From the NCBI GenBank assembly GCA_963681965.1, contig OY820579.1, forward strand, positions 704,001-768,000: 64,000 nucleotides of DNA, read 5' to 3'. Shown piece by piece: positions 51,163-60,566 of the stretch. The stretch is from a bacterium. GTDB taxonomy: Bacteria > Electryoneota > JAOADG01. Made by a program: the position numbers and the translations under genes. Every line of letters begins with the position of its first letter. Within the stretch, counting starts at the first letter, position 1. The notes under the pieces are model-generated. The model made no database searches, was not told the DNA's origin, and saw nothing but the letters and a program-made list of their open reading frames with translations.

Positions 51163-51393
51163 TTTCAAATATCCTCCACGGAATTTGGTTATTCGATTGC
51201 GAAAACCAGCAAAGTCGAATTGCGGCTGTACGATGTTACCGGACGGGAATTGGCGAAACTGGTGGATTTCAATCAAAATCCGGGTGAATACTCTTACCAT
51301 CTTGATGGCAAATCACTCGCCAGCGGCACCTACTTCGTTCGACTGTCCGCAGGCAATTTCTTACAAACTCAGAAGATGGTGTTGTTGAAATAG
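51163..51393 (+). pseudogene. Orphan 3' fragment of a C-terminal sorting-like domain gene
   Basis: SSTEFGYSIAK..VELRLYDVTGREL..SGTYFVRL..QKMVLLK without the YPNPFN lead-in, signal peptide or passenger domain. Confidence 0.7.
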
Positions 51394-51658
51394 TGGGTGT
51401 TTTCAATTAAAACCGGATCGGATGGATAATTTGAGAAAAATTTTGTAGATCGTCGCATTTATGGTTGCATCTGTGAAAAAGCATGTATATGTTATTAATA
51501 AGATCCGAATATATCAGAGAAGTTGCTCTGGAAAACGGATGTGAAATCGGTTAATCCGGTTCTTTGGTCTGGTCGTTCTTTGAATCTGTTTGTCTTAACG
51601 TGATTTGAGTAACAGTTATCTACCCCAGCGCGCACTGAAACATTGATTGGAGGAAGCT

Positions 51659-52924
51659 ATGTACTGCAAATTCCGTGTGTACTTCGTTTTCACCCTCATT
51701 TTTGTCGCCACAATTAGTTCTGCCCAAGACAGTTCCGGAATGCATATGATTGCCAGGATTTCTTCAACGGGCTTACCGACGGATGTCTATACCAATAGTG
51801 AAATCGGATATTTGTGCGCGCGGCAATCGACCTTGAAGATCATGAATCTATCCAATCCCTACAACCCTCAATTGATTTCGAACTTTCCATTGGGTACGAG
51901 CTGGGCCAATCACTGCGATGTCGGCGAGACCACCTGTATGGTTGCAAACGGTAATGACGGAATTCGCGCAATCGATATGAGTGAATTTACCCGACCAACT
52001 CAAACGACACTGTTTAGCCTGAATGCGTTTGTTTCCGATGTTGCTTGTATCTTGCCGTGTGTGTTTGCCGCGACTTATCAACGTGGAATCGTCATTGTCA
52101 GCTATGAACACCCGAACAACCCGACCGAAATTGGACGGCTGGCAATCAACGGTGAAGCTTTTAGCGCCCGGTGGCGCGATGGATTGTTGTATGTTGCCTG
52201 CGGTGATGGCGGACTGACGATTGCCGATGTCAACAATCCAGCGGCACCCACACAGTTAAGCCGGTTGCAGACTCCCGGACACGCATATGTTTTGGCGCTG
52301 TACGACAATTACTGTTATATCGCAAACGGCAGCTCAGGGGTTCAGATCATCAATGTCACTAATCCCGTCGCTCCAAGAATCGTAGGAGTGGTTCCTAATC
52401 GCGGCTTGGCAAATCATATCGTAGTATTCGAACAACATCTTTACGTGACCTATTATGGTGGCGGTGTAGCAGTGTATGACCTTTCCGATCCACTTCACCC
52501 CCATATTACCGGGTGGTACAATTACGGTGGATCTACGGTAACGATTACGGCGTGGCGTAACTTTGCACTATCGTCGAATACGAGCGGTTATTACGATATC
52601 TTCAATTGCAGTGACGCGATTGTACCAGTCGAAGAAAAAAAGAATATCGCCCTGCCCCAAGACGCGAGTTTAAATTTTTATCCGAATCCCTTTAACTCCT
52701 CGACGACTGTCCGGTTCGACTTACCGCACCGCGAGCAGGTTTCAGTCTTTGTCACCGATGCGCTAGGGCGGCGGGTAACAACCCTCTGTAATGAAGTATT
52801 GCAACCGGGGTCGCACCAATTGCATTTGAGCGGCAATCAATCGCTCAGCGCAAGCGGTGAGTATTACATCACAATGAAAGCCAAAGATTATTCGATTTCG
52901 AAGAAAGCGGTCTACGTAAAATAG
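51659..52924 (+). CDS. Secreted LVIVD-repeat protein with C-terminal sorting-like domain
   Basis: YVACGDGGLTIADVNNP and YIANGSSGVQIINVTNP repeats; FYPNPFN; ATG after GGAGG. Confidence 0.85.
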   Translation: MYCKFRVYFVFTLIFVATISSAQDSSGMHMIARISSTGLPTDVYTNSEIGYLCARQSTLKIMNLSNPYNPQLISNFPLGTSWANHCDVGETTCMVANGNDGIRAIDMSEFTRPTQTTLFSLNAFVSDVACILPCVFAATYQRGIVIVSYEHPNNPTEIGRLAINGEAFSARWRDGLLYVACGDGGLTIADVNNPAAPTQLSRLQTPGHAYVLALYDNYCYIANGSSGVQIINVTNPVAPRIVGVVPNRGLANHIVVFEQHLYVTYYGGGVAVYDLSDPLHPHITGWYNYGGSTVTITAWRNFALSSNTSGYYDIFNCSDAIVPVEEKKNIALPQDASLNFYPNPFNSSTTVRFDLPHREQVSVFVTDALGRRVTTLCNEVLQPGSHQLHLSGNQSLSASGEYYITMKAKDYSISKKAVYVK

Positions 52925-53117
52925 CGAAGAAGATAGGTATTGCCGATTTCGATCGCCACTGTACAAAATCGGAGATTTCGGATGACTAGCTTCTGGACAC
53001 TTTTTTCGAATTTCAAGGTTTTATTGTTGATTAAACCTCTTATCGCATGTAAATTGTCTAAGAACACAATGAACTGTTTTTAACAATCACTTTCAATACA
53101 TTTCGGCGGAGTAACCG

Positions 53118-56100
53118 ATGATCTTGCACGATATCAGCCGATCCAATAGGATGTTTTGGGTGAAACCAGCGATTGCATTAATTATCAGCTTATGCTTGTT
53201 TTTCACCTCATGTGTCAAAACCCCCGAAGACTCGCAACCCACAACTGGCTCAATTTCCGGTCGCATAACCAACGTGACGTCCAGTCAGTCTATCGCCGAT
53301 GCACAGGTTACCACTATTCCCAGCAGTGTTAGTGTGCTTAGCAATAGTACCGGCAACTTCACGATTGGAAACCTTGAGCCGCGACAGTACACGGTTTATG
53401 CCTCAAAAACCGGTTACGTAACGGCATCGGTCGTCGTTAACGTTATCGCTGGTCAAGTGGCAACTGGAGATATCGCACTCACCGAGGTTTCCCCGGAATT
53501 GGTGGTTAGTACTTCCACACTCGATTTTGGCTCGACCGAAACGTTGATGACGCTTAATCTTCGTAATTCAACCGGGATTGGAACGATTTCCTGGACGGCA
53601 AACAGAACCCGGAATTGGATCCAATTATCGGAGCTACAGGGTTCGATTACCAATCAGGCTCAAACGATAACGGTTCGAGTTTTGCGCGATAGTTTGACTT
53701 CTGGCAACTATAACGGACTGATCAATTTTTCATCGAACGCTGGAAACCCAACCGTTCAAGTGCTGGTCACAATCCCTAATCCGGAATTAACGGTTTCTCC
53801 CTCTCCGCTCGACTTCGGTACAACGCAATCGGCGCTTTCTTTGACCGTACGCAATCAAACGGGTATCGGGAGTATTTCCTGGACGGCAAGCGCAACCCGG
53901 AGTTGGATCCAATTATCGTCTTTGCAGGGTACGGTTACTAATCAAAGCGAAAACGTAACTGTTACGATTTCTCGCACCGGTCTTGCACCGGGTAATTATA
54001 GTGGAGCTATTAATTTCGTATCGAATGCCGGAAATCCGACGGTACAGGTGTTGATCACTATTCCCAATCCGACAAGTCCGCAGCTTTCACTCGATGTTAC
54101 TGCGCTAGATTTCGATTCACTCACGAGTTCGAAACAGATTCGAATTTCCAATACCGGTGTCAGTCAGTTGAATTGGACGATTATCTCCAACCAAACCTGG
54201 TTGACGATACAGCCGAGTTTTGGTTCTACTGCGCCGTCGGGGTATAACACGGTTACAGTAGGGGTTAATCGTGCCGGTCTTACCACCGGTATTTACAATA
54301 GTGGTTCACTGTCAATCACTTCGAACGGCGGCGATATCAATGTAACCATTCAAATGCTGGTTCGACCTCCGATTCTCGCACTGGATGCAACTGTACTGGG
54401 TTTCGATTCGCTTACCACCGCAAAACAGGTTCGGATCTACAATCGAGGTTCGAGTAGTTTGAATTGGTCGATTGTTTCCAACCAACCCTGGTTAACCGTT
54501 CAACCATCTTCTGGATCGACCGCTGTCGCGGGCTACAGTGTAGTGTCTGCCAACGTCGACCGCACCGGTTTGGCTGCGGGAGTATACAATAACGGTACTC
54601 TGACCTTCTCGTCTAACGGTGGCGAAATTGTTGCAAACATTCAAATGACGGTATTACCCGATCGACCTGTGGCACCGTCTAACTTAGCCGCAATATTCAC
54701 TACTGCTAGAACAATCACATTGTCTTGGACAGACAACTCGAGCAATGAGGAAGGCTTTCAGATCGAGCGTCGTATTTCGACACAACCGGCATTCGTTTCG
54801 ATTGCGACCGTTACTGCAAATTCGGTCTCCTATGCCGACACTGGACTGACACCACACACAACTTATTATTATCGGGTTTGTGCATTCAACCAGACAGTAA
54901 CATCGACATATACCAATTCTGCTTATGCGACGATCGGGAACATCGTCCCCGATCAACCATTTGGACCGTCTCCCAACGATGCAACTAATCTAGCGTGTAA
55001 TGGCACATTGCGGTGGTCAGGTACCGACCCCGACCTTGACACGCTGAGATACGATGTGTATCTGGGAAATAGTTCGCCAATTCCATTGTTCGTGTCCAAC
55101 ACGACTTCAACATCTGCTGCCTTTTCCGGTTTATACGCCAATACGAACTATACATGGCGGATTGTTGCCAAAGACAATTACAGTGGAATAACCAATGGAC
55201 CAGTGTGGAACTTTACAACTGGAGCGCCCATCGGAACAACTTTTTCGATCGGAATTAGTCCTAACACAAATCAAGAAGGACGTTCCGTTGTTCAATCCGC
55301 CGATGGTGGATACGCCTGTACGGGATTTACCGGAACGCCGCCCTACGATTACGATATGTGGGCGGCAAAATATAGCGAAACAGGAACGCAAGTGTGGTCC
55401 AGAACCTTCGGTCGAAGCGGATACGATCGCGGAAATGCGATTCTTGCCACCCCCGATGGCGGCTTTTTAATTGTCGGTGAAACCTCGTCGTACGGGCACG
55501 GAAATTCCGATGTGTGGCTTGTAAAGCTAACATCGACAGGCGATACTTCATGGACTCGGGCACTTGGAGGTTCCGATCAAGATGTCGGATGGTCGGTGAT
55601 TTTATCGCGGACGAACGAATTTGTAATTGCTGGATTTACTTACTCATATGGTAATGATGCGCAATTATATTTACTTAAAACGAATCAAGCCGGTCAGGAA
55701 ATTTGGCATCAAACGTTTGGTGGAGTCAACTTTGATGCTGGATGTTCTGTTATTGAAGCTTCAGATGGTGGGTATGTAGTATCAGGTGTAAGTCGAAATA
55801 CACAAGGCAATGCTTCGTGGTGGATGATTAAAACGAATAGCAGTGGCACTTATCAATGGGGAAACACCTACGGATCGACGAATTCCGGATACAGCTATTC
55901 GGTGAAGCAAACATTCAACGGTGATTTCGTGTTGACCGGTGAAGGTTATTCTACGTCTGGAGATCGCGGATTGTGGGTTATTCGAACGGATAATTCGGGA
56001 AATCAACTTTGGCTGCGGCAATTCGGCGGAACTGGCAATGATTTTGGCAACGGCATCGCCACAACAGCCGACGGTGGAATGATTGTCGCCGGATCGACGG

Positions 56101-56330
56101 AATCGTCCGGTGCCGGTGGATCCGATCTCTTTTTAGTCAAATTGAACGCGGGCGGCGATTCACTTTGGTCACGGGTATACGGTGGTACCGGTACCGATCG
56201 AGGGGTAACAGTTCAACAGACTCGAGACAACGGTTATATCGTGATTGGAAGTCAAACCGGAACTGGCTCTAACACGAATATTTGGCTATTGAAGACCGAT
56301 CCAAATGGCAACGTTGCCGGAATGCGATAA
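53118..56330 (+). CDS. Lipoprotein with carboxypeptidase-regulatory-like, four BACON-like, FN3 and beta-propeller domains
   Basis: FTSC lipobox; LDFG...W...WIQ/WLT repeats; LSWTDNSSNEEGFQIER; DGG repeats. Confidence 0.82.
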   Translation: MILHDISRSNRMFWVKPAIALIISLCLFFTSCVKTPEDSQPTTGSISGRITNVTSSQSIADAQVTTIPSSVSVLSNSTGNFTIGNLEPRQYTVYASKTGYVTASVVVNVIAGQVATGDIALTEVSPELVVSTSTLDFGSTETLMTLNLRNSTGIGTISWTANRTRNWIQLSELQGSITNQAQTITVRVLRDSLTSGNYNGLINFSSNAGNPTVQVLVTIPNPELTVSPSPLDFGTTQSALSLTVRNQTGIGSISWTASATRSWIQLSSLQGTVTNQSENVTVTISRTGLAPGNYSGAINFVSNAGNPTVQVLITIPNPTSPQLSLDVTALDFDSLTSSKQIRISNTGVSQLNWTIISNQTWLTIQPSFGSTAPSGYNTVTVGVNRAGLTTGIYNSGSLSITSNGGDINVTIQMLVRPPILALDATVLGFDSLTTAKQVRIYNRGSSSLNWSIVSNQPWLTVQPSSGSTAVAGYSVVSANVDRTGLAAGVYNNGTLTFSSNGGEIVANIQMTVLPDRPVAPSNLAAIFTTARTITLSWTDNSSNEEGFQIERRISTQPAFVSIATVTANSVSYADTGLTPHTTYYYRVCAFNQTVTSTYTNSAYATIGNIVPDQPFGPSPNDATNLACNGTLRWSGTDPDLDTLRYDVYLGNSSPIPLFVSNTTSTSAAFSGLYANTNYTWRIVAKDNYSGITNGPVWNFTTGAPIGTTFSIGISPNTNQEGRSVVQSADGGYACTGFTGTPPYDYDMWAAKYSETGTQVWSRTFGRSGYDRGNAILATPDGGFLIVGETSSYGHGNSDVWLVKLTSTGDTSWTRALGGSDQDVGWSVILSRTNEFVIAGFTYSYGNDAQLYLLKTNQAGQEIWHQTFGGVNFDAGCSVIEASDGGYVVSGVSRNTQGNASWWMIKTNSSGTYQWGNTYGSTNSGYSYSVKQTFNGDFVLTGEGYSTSGDRGLWVIRTDNSGNQLWLRQFGGTGNDFGNGIATTADGGMIVAGSTESSGAGGSDLFLVKLNAGGDSLWSRVYGGTGTDRGVTVQQTRDNGYIVIGSQTGTGSNTNIWLLKTDPNGNVAGMR

Positions 56331-56364
56331 CAATCACTAGACGTTCGCGATAGTATCATTCGAT

Positions 56365-57216
56365 TTGTCGATTAGAATGGAGATAATCTTGTTCCAAGGA
56401 GTGATCTGGATACAGCGATGGTTTTGCGCTTCGACACTGCTCCTGTTGGTTGCATTCGGGCTAGTTAGTGCTGCACCGCGATGGACAACGGTGAAACCGT
56501 TGGGTAAAAGCCATGTTTATGCGGTTGGATTGGGCGAAAGCCGAGCGTCACTTGTTGATGCCCGTAAGGCGGCAATTACTAGCGCTATCGGCGCATTCAA
56601 CACTACCCAAGGCGTGACCTTAACGAATCGAATCCAATTGACGAAAATTGAGGATTCAACGTCCTATCGGGAAGCGGTCGTTGATGAATTGGAAGTGAAA
56701 GGCATTTCCAGCACATTAACGGGAGTGCAGATTGTTGAAACTTATATCGATTGTAATTCCTCACCGTTCCGCGTTTGGGCACTGATTTCGATGCCGGGAC
56801 AAAATCAAATTTCCCATTTGGCACCGGTTTGGCGAAGCGCAATTGTACCCGGATGGGGACAATATTACCAAGGTTATAAAATGCGTGGTGTCGGGCTTCT
56901 ACTTGCCGAAACCGCATCGATTGGCGGCGCTTTTTTCTCATCGAACGAATACTCTAGTCGGAAATCGAAAGCCAATAAATCGGTTGTGAAATCGACCCGC
57001 GACGAATACAATAAGCAAGCCGATATGTACTATCAAATGAATGTCGTGTGTGTATGCGTTGCAGTTGCGAGCTATGCCTTGAATATGGCGGATGTGCTCC
57101 TGCAATCGCCGAATCGATCGGATTTATATTATGCCGTTACTGCAACACCCGGGAGCCGTGACGTTTCACCGAAAGTTGCAATATCGCTTTCCATACCCTT
57201 TCAACTGAATAACTAA
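56365..57216 (+). CDS. Membrane protein with LPP20-like and DUF5683-like regions
   Basis: YAVGLGES...ARKAA; RSAIVPGWGQYY; start codon uncertain. Confidence 0.65.
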   Translation: MSIRMEIILFQGVIWIQRWFCASTLLLLVAFGLVSAAPRWTTVKPLGKSHVYAVGLGESRASLVDARKAAITSAIGAFNTTQGVTLTNRIQLTKIEDSTSYREAVVDELEVKGISSTLTGVQIVETYIDCNSSPFRVWALISMPGQNQISHLAPVWRSAIVPGWGQYYQGYKMRGVGLLLAETASIGGAFFSSNEYSSRKSKANKSVVKSTRDEYNKQADMYYQMNVVCVCVAVASYALNMADVLLQSPNRSDLYYAVTATPGSRDVSPKVAISLSIPFQLNN

Positions 57217-57244
57217 TTTTTCTACTAACACGCCGGAGGAGATC

Positions 57245-57799
57245 ATGTCTAGATTTACTACTGTTATTATTGCAACAATCGCGTTTGCTTTGTTGGCTGG
57301 GTGCGGTCCGAAGGGGCTCCAAAAAACCTCAATTTCGGGCGAACCGGAATGGTATCGAAAACCTCCGGTAAACAAAGACTTCATGTATGGAGCTTATTCG
57401 GCAACATCGCAGGATATGCAGCTAGCATGCGATAAAGCCGCTGCGGGAGCACGCGCCGATATCGGTAAGCAAGTGGAAGTAAAAATCCAAGGAATGGAAA
57501 AACGCTTCAACGAAGAAACCGGAATTGGTAATGACGCGCAATTGTTGCAACAATTTACGCAAGCTACCAAAGTAATCGTCAATGCGACTCTGCAAAACAC
57601 GATTATCAAAGAGAAAATTACGCGTCGTGATGGCGACAACTGGCGCGCATACGTGTTGATCGAATATCCGGTAGCCGACGCCAATGCTTCGATGCTAAAG
57701 GAATTGAAGAAGAATGAGGTTTTGTTAACCCGTCTACGTTCATCCGAAGCATTCAAAGAATTAGAGAACGACGTCGCTAAAGATCAACCCAAAAAATAA
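57245..57799 (+). CDS. LPP20-family lipoprotein
   Basis: LAGC lipobox; PEWY; DKAAAGARADI; GGAGG RBS. Confidence 0.75.
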   Translation: MSRFTTVIIATIAFALLAGCGPKGLQKTSISGEPEWYRKPPVNKDFMYGAYSATSQDMQLACDKAAAGARADIGKQVEVKIQGMEKRFNEETGIGNDAQLLQQFTQATKVIVNATLQNTIIKEKITRRDGDNWRAYVLIEYPVADANASMLKELKKNEVLLTRLRSSEAFKELENDVAKDQPKK

Positions 57800-57816
57800 A
57801 ATTGTCTTGATTTCAC

Positions 57817-57852
57817 TGTGGGAAGCGATTAAACTCGCTTCCCATAGTTTTT
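57817..57852 (+). terminator. Intrinsic terminator
   Basis: CTGTGGGAAGCGA-TTAAAC-TCGCTTCCCATAG followed by TTTTT. Confidence 0.8.
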
Positions 57853-58044
57853 TGGTTCCGGTATACCGGAATTCACGAATACTGTAACCACTTCACGAGT
57901 ATAGTATAACTGTCGCTCACACCGAGTGTATCCGATACAATTCTGCCGGCGAAGTCAAAGAAGTACTCGACCTCTCCTTGCACAATGCAACCATCCCAAA
58001 CCTGTCTTCGAAAGCAATTTCGAACAAATGAAGTGTGTAATTAC

Positions 58045-58162
58045 TATAGTGGTTCTTGAAAATAAGTTGTCATAATTCGCTGTCAGGCTTCGCCTGACCT
58101 GCGGGCGGATGCGGGGATCCGCCCCTACTACCGATAACAACTTATTTTCAAGAGATACTATA
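58045..58162. mobile_element. Putative 118-bp MITE with IS630-like ends carrying two REP-like hairpins
   Basis: TATAGT-nnn-TCTTGAAAATAAGTTGT (58045-58070) inverted at 58137-58162, with a perfect 17-bp core. Confidence 0.65.
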
Positions 58163-59252
58163 CCGTTTCTCATAAATAGTGTCGCATTGTTTCTTATCTT
58201 TATTTCATGCGACCTTTATCTCCTAATCCTGCGAATGGTACTTTGGACGAGATCGAAGAAGCCCTTCGTTGTTCGGTTGACCATGACGAGCACTGTCGCT
58301 TTCAAGGGATTAAAATGCTCTTGTTAGGGTTACCGGACAATCAAGTTTGTCAAGTGTTGTCGGTTGTACCGCGATCTTTACAGCGGTGGGTTCAGCATTG
58401 GAACGCCGGTGGCATTGACCGTTTGAAACGGATACCGCGACCGGGACGACCGCGCAAAGCTAACAAAGAACAACGGTTTCTGGTTGTCGATTGGCTTACC
58501 CATCCCGAGCAGCACGGACAGACACACTGGACACTACGCAAGTTGCATGGCGTATTGCGTAGCGAACTACGCATCGAATTGGGCTATTCCACGCTCGCCC
58601 GTCTTGTTCGCGATGAACGATTTGCCTTGAATATGCCGCGATCCTGGCCGGCAAAACAGGATGCCGAGGCCCGGTTGGCTTTCACAGAACTGCTGTCGTC
58701 GCTGCTTGCCAGCGATCCCAATCGGATTTGGTTCTACGACGAAAGCGGCATTACCGGCGATCCACGCCCGCGCCGACGCTGGATGCGGAAAGGAGAACGA
58801 CAAACGGTTCCCTTTACCGGCACCCATTTGCGGGAAAACATTTTGGGCGCGGTACAACCCTTATCCGGTCGGTTGTTTTCGCTGCAAATGCCGGAAGTGG
58901 ATCGGGAACTGTTCCAGATTTTCCTTGACCACTTCGCCGAATATACCAAGGGCGAAAGGGTAACAATGGTGCTGGACAATGCCAGTTGGCACAAGGTTAA
59001 ATCGTTAAACTGGCATCATATTCAACCAATATTCTTGCCACCCTATTCACCCGATCTCAACCCGATAGAACGATTGTGGTTGTATATCAAAGAGCATTAC
59101 TTCAACCATTGGTACAGCAAGTCCAGAGAAGAACTAAGAGATCGGGTAACATGGGCAATACAACAGCTACTCAATCAACCAGAAATTGTAAAATCTGTAA
59201 CACGAGTGTGAGAGTAAATCACAATGCGACACGATTTTCAAGAAATGGTATA
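58159..59252 (+). mobile_element. IS630-family insertion sequence
   Basis: 32-bp terminal inverted repeats TATACCGTTTCTCATAAATAGTGTCGCATTGT / TATACCATTTCTTGAAAATCGTGTCGCATTGT (27/32 match), TA at both ends. Confidence 0.93.
58207..59211 (+). CDS. IS630 family transposase (single ORF)
   Basis: HTH with RPGRP; FYDESG, LDNASWH, PPYSPDLNPIE DDE triad. Confidence 0.95.
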   Translation: MRPLSPNPANGTLDEIEEALRCSVDHDEHCRFQGIKMLLLGLPDNQVCQVLSVVPRSLQRWVQHWNAGGIDRLKRIPRPGRPRKANKEQRFLVVDWLTHPEQHGQTHWTLRKLHGVLRSELRIELGYSTLARLVRDERFALNMPRSWPAKQDAEARLAFTELLSSLLASDPNRIWFYDESGITGDPRPRRRWMRKGERQTVPFTGTHLRENILGAVQPLSGRLFSLQMPEVDRELFQIFLDHFAEYTKGERVTMVLDNASWHKVKSLNWHHIQPIFLPPYSPDLNPIERLWLYIKEHYFNHWYSKSREELRDRVTWAIQQLLNQPEIVKSVTRV

Positions 59253-59259
59253 TAACGCG

Positions 59260-60147
59260 TCAAATAACTCTAACCCCTTTTAATTGTCGTTTGATGCCGC
59301 GATGGAATTTGTATTTCGGATAACCTACGATCATCGCTAGGACAACCTCATTGTCTTCGGGAAGAGACCAGCGTTGTTTGAGTGGTTTCGAACGATTCAC
59401 AATCGGTCCGACAATTTCCAGAAGTGTCGTTCCAAGCCCTAGTGCGTGTGCCGCGAGCATCGCGTAGGTGGCAGCGATAACGGCATTGGCGCGGAACGCT
59501 ACTTCCCATTTGTTGGCATGGAATAACATGACCACCGGGGCATGATAGGTATAACAGTCGGATTTATCTTGTTTGTACCGTCGATTGGCGTCGGCAACAA
59601 CCTCGAGAATATGCGTTTGAATTGAATGATAATCGATCGCTCCGGCACTCAATCGGACAAATTGACGTGCAATCGGATTCTTCATCGAATTTACCAACCA
59701 ATCATAATCTTTGCGCAGAGTATCGAACAAGATGTCCCGTTCGGCAGCGTTTTCAATTACCAAAACTTCAGTGGTGTGGGGCGGAAAACCCATGGGCGCG
59801 GTCGCAGTCGCTTCGAGAATTTGATCGATCTTCGATCGTTCGACTGAACGGTCTTTGAAAAGCCGGATCGATCTTCGACTCATGAGTAAGTTTTGGAACT
59901 GTCCGAATTGTAGCGATGGGTCGCTTAGTGCAGGAAAATCCGCTTTGTTAAAACTGGAGTGCGTTAGTGCGTCGTTGGGGCATACGGCGACGCATAGTCC
60001 ACAAAAGATACAATGCCCGGAACGTTCCGGGATGGTTGTTGCGTGCCCATTCGTAACAGCGATTACGAATTTGCCGCAGGACTCGACACAGGCGCCGCAC
60101 CCTTTACAGGCGTCGGTAGTAGTATGCATTTCGGGTTGGTTGTGCAT
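59260..60147 (-). CDS. Nitroreductase with N-terminal 4Fe-4S dicluster domain
   Basis: CKGCGACVESC, CIFCGLCVAVCP, RRSIRLF, AAHALGLGT, VGYP. Confidence 0.92.
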   Translation of the reverse strand: MHNQPEMHTTTDACKGCGACVESCGKFVIAVTNGHATTIPERSGHCIFCGLCVAVCPNDALTHSSFNKADFPALSDPSLQFGQFQNLLMSRRSIRLFKDRSVERSKIDQILEATATAPMGFPPHTTEVLVIENAAERDILFDTLRKDYDWLVNSMKNPIARQFVRLSAGAIDYHSIQTHILEVVADANRRYKQDKSDCYTYHAPVVMLFHANKWEVAFRANAVIAATYAMLAAHALGLGTTLLEIVGPIVNRSKPLKQRWSLPEDNEVVLAMIVGYPKYKFHRGIKRQLKGVRVI

Positions 60148-60172
60148 AAAAAGTCGTCCGATTAGTCTTAGT

Positions 60173-60395
60173 TCACTTTAGTAGAACAATTTTGCGGGAC
60201 TGCGAGAACTTGCCGGCGTGTATTTGCACGAAGTAGGTTCCCGACGATAAAGATGCGCCGTCAAAGGCAATGCGATGCGCTCCCGGCTAGATTTGCGGTA
60301 GTACCGCTGTTTTGATTCGTCCATCAGACTGCCAGAGCGGAAATCGGAAACACCAAAAGGACTAAGAGGTAGTATTGAGAGTGAAGTGTTTTCAT
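60173..60395 (-). pseudogene. Internally deleted remnant of a YCF48-like secreted protein gene
   Basis: MKTLHSQYYLLVLLVFPISALAV*WTNQNSGTTANL, then a frameshift to HRIAFDGASLSSGTYFVQIHAGKFSQSRKIVLLK*. Confidence 0.8.
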
Positions 60396-60475
60396 AAACT
60401 CAATTCCTTTGGCGAGTTATGTCAAAAGTAATCAAGTTCAAATTCGCGAACAAGATAAACAGAGATGTTTTAGAA

Positions 60476-60510
60476 AATGCCTCGACCGAAAATAATTCGC
60501 TCGAGGCATT
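60476..60510 (-). terminator. Putative terminator of the YCF48-like gene
   Basis: AATGCCTCGA...TCGAGGCATT hairpin, ending in TTTT on the minus strand. Confidence 0.5.
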
Positions 60511-60566
60511 GGTGCTTGACTTAATTGGTGGCGGTAAAAAAAGTTATTCGAGTTTTTAAGCTTGTA

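Noticed and set aside
51394-51646. Riboswitch in long intergenic regions (also 16450-16936, 6921-7400)
   Set aside because: No conserved cobalamin, TPP, SAM or c-di-GMP core recognised by eye; an Rfam scan would settle it.
53480-54660. Internal DNA repeats in the large lipoprotein
   Set aside because: Ordinary tandem BACON-like domain duplications.
60324-60326. In-frame TGA as selenocysteine or readthrough
   Set aside because: Followed by a frameshift and a large deletion; a pseudogene explains it.
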